A DNA stretch of 12,490 nt, taken from Candidatus Iainarchaeum sp. GTDB taxonomy: Archaea > Iainarchaeota > Iainarchaeia > Iainarchaeales > DTGL01. A program made the position numbers and the translations under genes. The DNA is taken from assembly GCA_038886995.1 (NCBI GenBank), contig JAWALG010000029.1, positions 1-12,490 of the forward strand, read 5' to 3'. The notes below the pieces were generated by a model, which had not been told where the DNA came from, made no database searches, and was given only the letters and a program-made list of their open reading frames with translations. Within the stretch, counting starts at the first letter, position 1. Each line of letters opens with the position of its first letter. Positions 1 through 7,457 of the stretch are shown piece by piece.

Positions 1-2313
1 ATCTTCTGAGGTCTTTGAAACACCACCTGCAAAAACTGCAGCTCTTTTTACAAAGTCACGGATCTCCTCTTTTGGTTTGGTTGTTTCATTTTGTGGTGCT
101 GCTTGTGTTTTTGTCTTTGTATCTAAGGCACTAACTTTGGCTTGTGGTTTGGCAGAAACCGGCTTTTCTTTCTGCACTTCTCTCCTTTCTGGCACAAGAG
201 GAATAACATCTTCTGGAACATTAAGGTCACCTGAGCTTGAAACCGGTGGTTTTGGCCATTCGGGAACAATAACCTGCTGCTTAACTGGCGCAGTGGGTTC
301 TATCTGCGGCTTCGGCTGATAGTAATCATTTATAGGTATCTTATCCACGGGCTTTTCGATCTGCTGGGTTTCTTGCATAGGCGCAGGTGTTTCTTTTTTC
401 AGTCCTTTTTTCCGAATTGGCATGATGGTCTTCAATTTACCAAAAAATGACCCACCTTCAGAACTAAGCTCTTTCTCAATTGCATCCATTTCATTCTGAA
501 GAACCAGCATCCTGCTCTTGTACTCATCGATTGATATTCTTCTAGAAAAGAGGGCTGACTGGGTTGTGTGCATTTCTGACTCGATCTCAGAAAGGCGCTT
601 AACAAGGGCCTTTTTGCTTTCTTTGTTATGTTTGATACGTTTCAGAATAACGTTGGCGCCAACAATCAGAACTGCGACTATTGCTAGAGAAAAGCCAACA
701 AACAACAAGTTTAATGGCTCTTCAATCTCTGCGTTTATTTCAGAAGAGCCGCTGAATGGTTCCTTCAGCTCTAATTTCACCGTATGTTTACCTAAAAATT
801 TCTCTGGAAAAGCATAGTAGTAATAACCTTTATTGTAATCTTTTTTCAGTACTATTTCCTGTGCTTTCTGGTCTATGTAGAGTGTTGCTTTAATATCTTC
901 AACATTGACTAAAGAATCGTCGGGATACCTTATGTTGACCAAAAGTTTGTTGTCTTCAGAAAGAGTTACCTTCTTTTTTTCTGCTGGATAAATAAAAGAT
1001 ATGGCAAGGGCACCAGTAAATGTTACTCTGAAGGATTCAACATCAACATAAGTTACGCCGTTTATATCTGCAAAAGCATACACCTTTGCCTCAGCATTTC
1101 TGATCTCCCTTCTTGGAACATCAAATGAGATTACAAACATGTTGCCCTCAGAGCGCATTTTTTGGTTTAAATCTAAGGCAGGGATTGTTAAAAAAACATC
1201 CACATTTTGATTCGGTAAACCGGTCTCGTTTCTTAAAAGTACTTCAAATGTTGTGTTCTGGAAAAAGCCAAAAAAATTTTGACTGCCTGGCGAAGGCCTC
1301 TTAAGCGTGAGATCAAAAGAGGGGTTATCTTTAGATATTGTTATGTTCTGGTCAGGAACATTTAGTGTGTTCCCATAAGAATCTTTGCCAAAAAAGGACA
1401 GGGAAACTGCGCTATCTTTTTTCTCATAGTCTTGAATAGTGAAAACATAATTAAAATCAGAGTAGAAACATTTACCGTCATAAAAGGCCTTTTCCTTAGC
1501 TAACTTTTCGCCATCTTTCAAAAGCTCAACATAAAAGGTCCCGCTAGTAACAGCTGAACCATCAGGGTAAGCCAAACAAAAGGTTACCCTGCCAAGGTTA
1601 TCTGCAATATAGAACTTCCTTGATTCTAACGGATGCGATGCAAACTTTAACTCAAGTGGTGAGAAGTAAAGAGGTATCTTTGCGATTACTGGTGTTGTGC
1701 CACGCATTGCGCTGAAATTAAGAAACTCAACTGGCGAAAAATCGTTTGAAGGCGATATTGTTATCTCAAATCCCTGGTCACTAATAGCGCCCTTTTGTAC
1801 TGGCTTGTTGTCTATTAGTATGTTCACATCTTTAAGGTAGACATTGATTGGGTTTCCAGCACTATCAAGCGCGCTAATAAAGGCCTTAAGTGGAACATCT
1901 TTTTTGTTAAAGGATGTGATATCCGGCGGATGAAGCACAACAACTTTGGCTCGGCCGCGCCTGATACTAATTGTGGTACTCCTCGAATCAGAGCCGCTAG
2001 GCGTAGTAAGGGTTAAGCCCACTGTGAACTTCTGCTCACTCAGTTTTGTATCACTTATATAAAAAACATGGTAAACTGTGTTAAAATCACCTGATATGCT
2101 TGTACCATCCCCAAATGACCATGCGTAGTTTGCGTCTTCCTTCTCCGCGTCATCCAAAATCACAACTGCTGATAATGAGATGAGTTCCCCTTCTTCATAA
2201 TAATACTTTTTCGGGGATATGTTGAGGTCTATTATTTTTGGCGGTATCGCCTGTGCAAAAGCATGGCTAACAAAAAGCAAAGCAATAGCTAAGATTATGG
2301 CTCTTCTCCACAT
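1..2313 (-). CDS. Large secreted, membrane-anchored surface protein with PKD domain and Ig-like beta domains; partial (at least 771 aa, 3' end beyond window)
   Basis: Manual translation from ATG at 2313: MWRRAIILAIALLFVSHAFAQ (signal peptide, AFA|Q), then YAWSFGDG (WSFGDG at 2104-2121, PKD motif), a beta-rich body, TM helix LLFVGFSLAIVAVLIVGANVIL (643-708) followed by KRIKHNK, a helical segment RRISIDEYKSRMLVL and a Pro/Glu/Lys-rich tail. Frame is open to position 1; probably absent from the ORF track because no stop lies in the window. Confidence 0.85.
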   Translation of the reverse strand, partial: MWRRAIILAIALLFVSHAFAQAIPPKIIDLNISPKKYYYEEGELISLSAVVILDDAEKEDANYAWSFGDGTSISGDFNTVYHVFYISDTKLSEQKFTVGLTLTTPSGSDSRSTTISIRRGRAKVVVLHPPDITSFNKKDVPLKAFISALDSAGNPINVYLKDVNILIDNKPVQKGAISDQGFEITISPSNDFSPVEFLNFSAMRGTTPVIAKIPLYFSPLELKFASHPLESRKFYIADNLGRVTFCLAYPDGSAVTSGTFYVELLKDGEKLAKEKAFYDGKCFYSDFNYVFTIQDYEKKDSAVSLSFFGKDSYGNTLNVPDQNITISKDNPSFDLTLKRPSPGSQNFFGFFQNTTFEVLLRNETGLPNQNVDVFLTIPALDLNQKMRSEGNMFVISFDVPRREIRNAEAKVYAFADINGVTYVDVESFRVTFTGALAISFIYPAEKKKVTLSEDNKLLVNIRYPDDSLVNVEDIKATLYIDQKAQEIVLKKDYNKGYYYYAFPEKFLGKHTVKLELKEPFSGSSEINAEIEEPLNLLFVGFSLAIVAVLIVGANVILKRIKHNKESKKALVKRLSEIESEMHTTQSALFSRRISIDEYKSRMLVLQNEMDAIEKELSSEGGSFFGKLKTIMPIRKKGLKKETPAPMQETQQIEKPVDKIPINDYYQPKPQIEPTAPVKQQVIVPEWPKPPVSSSGDLNVPEDVIPLVPERREVQKEKPVSAKPQAKVSALDTKTKTQAAPQNETTKPKEEIRDFVKRAAVFAGGVSKTSED

Positions 2314-2340
2314 ATTCCTAAATCTTTAATATGTTTCTAA

Positions 2341-2354
2341 TTAATAAAGTTTAC
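2341..2354 (-). promoter_or_regulatory. Putative BRE/TATA promoter for the PKD protein gene
   Basis: Minus strand reads GTAAAC-TTTATTAA; TATA-like box at 2341-2348 ends ~28 nt upstream of the ATG at 2313. Confidence 0.45.
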
Positions 2355-2390
2355 TGAGCTGAAATTTTTTGCCTGTTTCTCATTTTACTG

Positions 2391-2400
2391 AAAAAAAAGA
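2391..2400 (-). terminator. Oligo(T) terminator of the tRNA-Trp transcript
   Basis: TCTTTTTTTT (T8 at 2391-2398) a few nt downstream of the tRNA discriminator; oligo-U termination is typical of archaea. Confidence 0.6.
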
Positions 2401-2437
2401 AGTGGGGTCAGCGGGATTTGAACCCGCACTAACAGGT

Positions 2438-2604
2438 GACTCCCAATAGGACCGCAGCAAAGGCCTTTTGGACTTTGCTATTTCTAGCGCCATTAATAGA
2501 AAAACATATTGTTTTTACTTAATGGCGAAAGGTAGCTGGCCCCATTCTCACCTGTGCATCGTCATTGCTTGCGCTCTGAGCTCCAATCCACCTTAAAATA
2601 TCGA
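2438..2604 (-). other. 167-nt tRNA intron at canonical position 37/38 with a strict bulge-helix-bulge splice motif
   Basis: Central helix CTCC/GGAG, bulges AG|T and TC|A, outer helices GCAGG/CCTGT and CGATA/TATTG: the substrate of archaeal EndA splicing endonuclease. Confidence 0.93.
2540..2600 (-). ncRNA. Intron-encoded box C/D-type 2'-O-methylation guide RNA targeting its own pre-tRNA-Trp
   Basis: Guide GATTGGAGCT (2588-2579) pairs with GGCTCCAG|TC and is followed by D'-like CAGA (2578-2575); the 5th nt upstream pairs with C34. Then GC-GCAA-GC hairpin, C'-like ATGACGA (2565-2559), and second guide ACAGGTGA (2555-2548) complementary to TC|ACCTGT. Same layout as the Haloferax/Pyrococcus tRNA-Trp intron guides; terminal C and D boxes are not canonical. 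Confidence 0.8.
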
Positions 2605-2667
2605 CTGGAGCCTGCTGGGCTGCCTGGTTACCCCATGACCCCACGAATATAATTTTGGGATTTACTG

Positions 2668-2682
2668 TTTATATAACTTTCT
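2668..2682 (-). promoter_or_regulatory. BRE/TATA promoter of tRNA-Trp
   Basis: Minus strand AGAAAG-TTATATAAA; TATA 26-34 nt upstream of the mature tRNA 5' end at 2642. Confidence 0.75.
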
Positions 2683-2704
2683 AACTAACTCAAACGTCTT
2701 TTGG

Positions 2705-4354
2705 TCATCTCGCTGTCGTGATATGCAAAATTCTGGTTTTATTAGCGTCAACCAAAATGTCTTCATTGCTCAAAACACCATTAACATAAACAGAATAAGT
2801 CCCGGGCACAAGTAACGCTTTGTAGAACAGATTGCAATCTAACTCCTTAGTTTCAGGCCCTTCAAACCTTAAAACAGCGCCTTCAGCAAAGCTAGAGCCA
2901 GTTATGCAACAGCCCGCAACAACACCTTTCGATTCATCTTTTGCCTTGTCAAGGACAATTTTCCATGTCTTCATAATGAATTCATCAGCATCTCTTGCAA
3001 TGAAAGCTGGCAAATAGCCATCCTTAAAGCTGTAAAAAACAATTTTATCACTGCCCTTGTTTCCTATAAGAGGCAATTCTACAAAGCCATTCCACTCAAC
3101 TGCAGCATAAACTGTTTTTTGGGTATCATAAAAAGCACTTACTGCCCCTGTAGAGTCGCCCGTGTCTGATAGGAGAACATTTGCCTGCAAACTGCCGAAA
3201 GAAGCATTCTCAAGCTTTGAAAGTGACTCCTTTGCAATTGAAGCATATTGCGTTTCAGAAGATGAAAGCTGCCTAAATATTTTCATGGCTGCAAAGTAAT
3301 TTGCAGCGTTTATATTACCCAAAGATACCCCTTTTTCGTATTGTGATAAGTGAAGTTTTCCAAGGTCGTACAAAGTTGCGTACTGCTTGTTTTTATCACC
3401 CAAAGAACCATAGTTTTCTTGAATTAGTTGAAGAACGTTTGTCAAAAGAAGGGCATAATCTTCGTTAAGGTCTTTGCCTTCCAAGTCAAACTTTGCTGAA
3501 AGTGCATATATTTGAGAGTCCTCAAAAAGCCCATAAGCGTTATAATTTTTGGCCGCTTTGTATTTTTCAGAAATGCTTATATTGTTCATTGCTACAGCAC
3601 AGCGCAAATCTGGGTCATAGCCCTTTCTTACGCCAATAAGCTCTTGCTCTATTCTCCTTTCATAGCCATACGCTGATTCGGTCCTTACGTACTTGGCTAT
3701 GCGGTTGTTTTTATAGTCGAAATAAAGTGTGCCTTTGGTATCTAAAACTAAATCCTGGGTGGATTTCCTTCCAGAAAACTCAATCTCCACAACATCAAAG
3801 GTTCCGGCTTTAAGTGTTAGCTTTTTTGAGCCCTTCAATTTGTATGTTACACCCTCGAAAGTCCAACTTTCACCAACAGCAAGCTCTCTTTGTGGCAAGT
3901 AAAAGCTTGTTGCTGAGGTCCAGCCATAGTCAACCTTACCATCAAAGTAAATGTTTGCATCTGAAACCTTACTCTTGTAAGGTATATCACCGCAAAGATC
4001 CACAGTGCCATTTTTGTCTGTTGCTATGGCCTTAAGCATAATCATCTTAACATGGGTATGATCAGGGTAAGTGTTTACGGCAAATGTTGCTGTCTCCATC
4101 TCCTGAAGTGGCAGCTTTTCATTATTCAGCGTAGTGTCCAAAGAAAGATAATGTAAAAGAACATCATTTTGGTCAAAGGAGTACTTCAAGAAATATTTGT
4201 TTTTGTCTGGGTTTTCTTGGGTTGGCACAGGGGTTGTTGTTTGTGTCGGTTTTGGCTCTGGCGTTGGCGGTGTGCTTTCAAAGCAGCCAGAAATAATTAT
4301 GGCGAGCAGAACTGCTACAAAGAATATTAGCAAATAAAACCTGTTATTTGACAA
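2705..4354 (-). CDS. Putative lipoprotein / cell-surface protein of unknown function (549 aa)
   Basis: TTG start with SD AGGTGA at 4364-4359; hydrophobic leader ending in lipobox-like ISGC; Pro/Thr linker (PPTPEPKPTQTTTPVPT); beta region with a 'TLKAGTFDVVEIEF' motif; helical TPR-like middle; beta-sandwich-like C-terminus (PGTYSVYVNG). Confidence 0.8.
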   Translation of the reverse strand: MSNNRFYLLIFFVAVLLAIIISGCFESTPPTPEPKPTQTTTPVPTQENPDKNKYFLKYSFDQNDVLLHYLSLDTTLNNEKLPLQEMETATFAVNTYPDHTHVKMIMLKAIATDKNGTVDLCGDIPYKSKVSDANIYFDGKVDYGWTSATSFYLPQRELAVGESWTFEGVTYKLKGSKKLTLKAGTFDVVEIEFSGRKSTQDLVLDTKGTLYFDYKNNRIAKYVRTESAYGYERRIEQELIGVRKGYDPDLRCAVAMNNISISEKYKAAKNYNAYGLFEDSQIYALSAKFDLEGKDLNEDYALLLTNVLQLIQENYGSLGDKNKQYATLYDLGKLHLSQYEKGVSLGNINAANYFAAMKIFRQLSSSETQYASIAKESLSKLENASFGSLQANVLLSDTGDSTGAVSAFYDTQKTVYAAVEWNGFVELPLIGNKGSDKIVFYSFKDGYLPAFIARDADEFIMKTWKIVLDKAKDESKGVVAGCCITGSSFAEGAVLRFEGPETKELDCNLFYKALLVPGTYSVYVNGVLSNEDILVDANKTRILHITTAR

Positions 4355-4429
4355 AAAATCACCTTGTTATAAGTTTACATATCCAAAAATGCTTAATTAA
4401 GTTTTTAAAACATGGTTTGATGTTCGGCT

Positions 4430-5167
4430 TCAGAATTTTCCTCTGTCTTTGCCGCTACTTTTCTCTTTTGGTTTTGATGATTCTAGAAGTTTATTTGCTT
4501 CAGCAAGAACACCAATTACTGCTTTTGCCTCTCGTTTGGTTACGAGTGCCCTGGAAACAAGATGCCTAAATGATTTAACAGTTACTTCCTTGTTTCTTAT
4601 CCTTTCTATCTTGCTCGCCAAATTGCTAAAAGCACTAATAAGGGCTTTTTTTGTTTCGGCATCTGCGCTGTCAAATTTACTAACTGGCTTGCTACAGAAA
4701 AGCTCATAAAAAATAATTGCTGCGGCATGCGATATTGTAAGTGCCCTGTATTCTTTGCTAGAAGGTATGTTAACAACAAAATCACACATTGAAAGCTCAT
4801 CATTCTTAAGGCCGCTTGACTCCCTGCCAAAGACAACTGCAATTTTTGCATTTGACTTGCAGAAATTCTCAGCAAGCGCTTTAGGTGTTATAGCATTCCT
4901 TTCTATTTTTTTGTCCTTGCAGGATATTGCTGTTGTTGCAACAGAATAATCAGCATTATCAATCGCTTCTTGCAATGAGTTAAAAATTTTGGCGCTTTCA
5001 ATAATGTGCCTTGCATGCATAGCCCTGCTTATTGCTCCGGGGCTCTTAATATCTGCTTTGGGCTTAATAAGGATAAGCTCCCTAAGGCCAAAGTTGGCCA
5101 TGGCTCTTGCAATATAGCCAATGTTCTCTGCATACTCTGGTTCAACAAGCACTACGCTAACCTGCAT
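4430..5167 (-). CDS. trmJ: tRNA 2'-O-methyltransferase, TrmJ family (SPOUT; position 32)
   Basis: Family motifs VVLVEPEYAENIGYIARAMANFG, RAMHA, VFGRESSGLKNDEL, IPSSKEYRALTISHAAAIIFYE and a helical C-terminal domain. Confidence 0.9.
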   Translation of the reverse strand: MQVSVVLVEPEYAENIGYIARAMANFGLRELILIKPKADIKSPGAISRAMHARHIIESAKIFNSLQEAIDNADYSVATTAISCKDKKIERNAITPKALAENFCKSNAKIAVVFGRESSGLKNDELSMCDFVVNIPSSKEYRALTISHAAAIIFYELFCSKPVSKFDSADAETKKALISAFSNLASKIERIRNKEVTVKSFRHLVSRALVTKREAKAVIGVLAEANKLLESSKPKEKSSGKDRGKF

Positions 5168-5189
5168 TATCTACTTAGGCAATCAAAAG

Positions 5190-5205
5190 ATTAAATTACT
5201 TTCCG
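5190..5205 (-). promoter_or_regulatory. Putative BRE/TATA promoter for trmJ (leaderless-type spacing)
   Basis: Minus strand CGGAAAG-TAATTTAAT; the AT-rich box lies 23-31 nt upstream of ATG 5167; no SD motif. Confidence 0.45.
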
Positions 5206-5238
5206 AGGATTGGCATTAATTCTAAGAAAGGCACAAAG

Positions 5239-5254
5239 GAAAACAATTTTAATA
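5239..5254 (+). promoter_or_regulatory. Putative BRE/TATA promoter for the 5276 gene
   Basis: GAAAACAA-TTTTAATA; TATA-like box at 5247-5254, 22-29 nt upstream of ATG 5276. Confidence 0.45.
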
Positions 5255-5275
5255 GGTGAAGTATTAAATTAATAG

Positions 5276-6589
5276 ATGCCTCACAAGTCAAAGTTGACAT
5301 TTGTCATAATGATGACAATACTCTTTTTAGAGCTAGCATTTAGCCCGGAATACGAGCCTTCACAGTATGTTGCAAAGCAAACTTATTTACTAAGGGAGAA
5401 TGAAAGCATAAACAACATATATGAGATATCGCTTGAGGGTAAAGAGTATTATGTGCTTCAGATAAGCGCAAATAAGCAAGTTGTTGGCTACATAGCACTC
5501 GAAAGGTACGAAGAAAAAGTTATTACAGACACTATAAAGGCAAAAAACCTCATGCAGACAGCTCACTTTTTGTCTCAATATAGCGATTTTAGAAAAAAGG
5601 TAAGCGACAACCCAAGCTATGTGTGGTTTGTTGCACAAAGTGCACAAATACCACAGATTGTGCAGGCCATGGAAACTGAAAAGTATGAGCTCCAAACAGT
5701 TGCAGATGTGATGAACACAAGCTCAGCCACTGAAAAAACATCGGCGCTATCGCGCATGCTCGATGATATGATGTCTGAACTGAATGAGTTAAGGGCATCA
5801 GCGATGGATGCGGTTTCATTTGAATCAGATTTTTTCAGCAGCCCAGTAGCCGGCAATGAAAGAAAGCTAAAGGAGAAAATGATAGCATGCTTTGACCGCC
5901 TTGAGATTATACAAAACATGAGAAAAGAATACGCAAGCTTGCTGACTCTGCTTCGGTTAGAGATAGCAAATGCACAAAACCTAACTGTTGATGAAAAAAA
6001 GTCACTACAGAAAGCATCAGAAATGCCTGAAGAATTCTCCAAAATAGAGCAATGGTACCTAAGCGCAACAAGCATGCATTTCAGCGAAAATATTCAAAAT
6101 ATATTCAACTCTGCCGTCCAGAATTCACTATCTTTTGCTGATAGTGTTGGGATAAGGATTAAAAGGGACAACGCATATCGCATAATGTTTGAGGAGAATG
6201 AAAAAATAAGGAATGCGACAGAGAACAAGTTACTCACACTCAAGCAAGCTTATGACACAATTACAAAAGAAGAGTATTATGACAAATGGGTAAATCAGGA
6301 AGAGCTAACTATGCTAAAAGCAAACTGGAACAGGGCAAACAGCGCACTTGCAAAGGAGGATTATGATGGTGCAACAACATATGCTAAAAAGGCAATTGAA
6401 AATGCAATAAAAGTTTATAATGACGGGTGGATAAAGACAGATGACAATGGAGCAAAAGAGATTGCTTACAAGGCAATAATAGGTTTGATTGTTCTTTTTG
6501 CAGCAATAGTTTTTTTGAGGTATGCTAAGAAAAAAGGCCTTTTCTACTCTAAAGGCGGCACTGAGTATGAGGAAGTTGATATTAAGTAG
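5276..6589 (+). CDS. Hypothetical secreted, mostly helical/coiled-coil protein with C-terminal membrane anchor (437 aa)
   Basis: N-terminal hydrophobic leader, long E/K/A-rich helical body, C-terminal TM (AIIGLIVLFAAIVFL) followed by RYAKKK and an acidic tail. Confidence 0.8.
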   Translation: MPHKSKLTFVIMMTILFLELAFSPEYEPSQYVAKQTYLLRENESINNIYEISLEGKEYYVLQISANKQVVGYIALERYEEKVITDTIKAKNLMQTAHFLSQYSDFRKKVSDNPSYVWFVAQSAQIPQIVQAMETEKYELQTVADVMNTSSATEKTSALSRMLDDMMSELNELRASAMDAVSFESDFFSSPVAGNERKLKEKMIACFDRLEIIQNMRKEYASLLTLLRLEIANAQNLTVDEKKSLQKASEMPEEFSKIEQWYLSATSMHFSENIQNIFNSAVQNSLSFADSVGIRIKRDNAYRIMFEENEKIRNATENKLLTLKQAYDTITKEEYYDKWVNQEELTMLKANWNRANSALAKEDYDGATTYAKKAIENAIKVYNDGWIKTDDNGAKEIAYKAIIGLIVLFAAIVFLRYAKKKGLFYSKGGTEYEEVDIK

Positions 6590-7457
6590 GGCAATTCTGA
6601 TTTCAATAGCAACCATATTTTTTGTGGCTAATCTGCATAGCAGAATGCTTGTGGACATAGTGCCTCAGGGCGATTTACCACAAAAAGGGCTTTACATTGA
6701 TGAAATACGCCAATACGAGATTAGGATAATGAACTTAGGTGATAGCGAAATAAAAAACCCTGTGTTAAAAGTTGGCACAAGTGGAAACCTTGTGCTTGTA
6801 GAAAACCTTGGCGAGAAAACAGAGCTCATCGAAGAGCTTGATCCATTGGCTCCAAAAGCTATAAAAAAAATTTATGTAAAGTTGAAGCCTGTTGAAAAGA
6901 TAAAGGCAGGGCAAAGAGAAAACCTGCTTAATGTTTACTACGGTGATGGTGAGTATGAAAATTATGCAGGAATGCGACTATTCATTGCAGATAGCCCTAT
7001 AGAAGTCAAAGCGTCACTGAAAAAGCAAGTCATGGGTAAAGGTGAAGATAACCGCTTAGATCTTGAAATAAAAAACAAATCCAATGGTGAGGTTTTAGAG
7101 GATATCTCGTTATCTATTGAAATATCAGAAGGCCTGGAAATAAAAGAAAAGCAACAAAAAATCAGCCCAATTGGCGTCGGTGAACTTGTTAGGAAAAGCT
7201 TCTATTTCAGTTCTCTACCAGAATCACTTGGCCAGCAGAAAATTTCTGCAACCATAAGTTTTAAGGACTCTTCGGGAACACATCTTCTGGAAAAAAACCT
7301 TGTTGTTGAAGTTCAGGACGTTGGTTTTGATGTTTTAGTTATGACTACAATAATTCTACTAATAATCATTGTATATATAGCAATGAAAAGGAAGTCCAGT
7401 ATCAAAATAGTTGATGATAGTGCTAAAACAAAAATTAAGGAGCAGAATGCTCAGTAA
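6567..7457 (+). CDS. Membrane-anchored surface protein with two Ig-like (CARDB/COG1361-like) repeats
   Basis: Likely start ATG 6567 (MRKLILSRAILISIATIFFVA, signal peptide) rather than 6522. Two similar units: 'YEIRIMNLGDSEIKNPVLKV...LDPLAPKAIKKIYVKL' and 'LDLEIKNKSNGEVLEDISLSI...ISPIGVGELVRKSFYF'. C-terminal TM followed by KRK. Overlaps upstream gene by 23 nt. Confidence 0.75.
   Translation: MRKLILSRAILISIATIFFVANLHSRMLVDIVPQGDLPQKGLYIDEIRQYEIRIMNLGDSEIKNPVLKVGTSGNLVLVENLGEKTELIEELDPLAPKAIKKIYVKLKPVEKIKAGQRENLLNVYYGDGEYENYAGMRLFIADSPIEVKASLKKQVMGKGEDNRLDLEIKNKSNGEVLEDISLSIEISEGLEIKEKQQKISPIGVGELVRKSFYFSSLPESLGQQKISATISFKDSSGTHLLEKNLVVEVQDVGFDVLVMTTIILLIIIVYIAMKRKSSIKIVDDSAKTKIKEQNAQ

Larger units (their letters stand above)
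2403..2642 (-). tRNA. trnW: tRNA-Trp (anticodon CCA), intron-containing; exons 2642-2605 and 2437-2403; CCA end not encoded
   Basis: Acceptor stem GGGGTCA/TGACCCC plus discriminator A; D arm GGGT-AACCAGGCA-GCCC; anticodon stem GCAGG/CCTGT with loop CT-CCA-G|A (anticodon 2608-2606); variable loop TAGT; T arm GCGGG-TTCAAAT-CCCGC. Spliced length 73 nt. Confidence 0.96.

Noticed and set aside
77..1304. Plus-strand ORFs 77-319, 518-817 and 1113-1304
   Set aside because: Antisense shadows of the long minus-strand PKD protein gene, with no recognisable motifs.
2403..2437. tRNA 3' end as an integration (att) site
   Set aside because: No duplicated tRNA 3' fragment or integrase seen in the window.
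2477..2536. Possible nested intron (second BHB) inside the tRNA intron
   Set aside because: The 4-bp helix TTTC/GAAA is flanked by 2- and 4-nt bulges on the wrong side for the transcribed strand, so it is not a BHB.
2438..2604. Intron as a group I intron or homing-endonuclease carrier
   Set aside because: Too short, no ORF, no P7-like core seen; the ends are fully explained by a BHB.
6522..6566. Longer start for the Ig-like protein (and similarly 9190 for yjjX, 10374 for the AlkP enzyme)
   Set aside because: Downstream ATGs give better signal-peptide, SD or promoter geometry and less overlap.
5390..6658. Minus-strand ORFs 5390-5695, 5589-5819, 5617-6075 and 6314-6658
   Set aside because: Antisense to the 437-aa and following plus-strand genes, with atypical composition.
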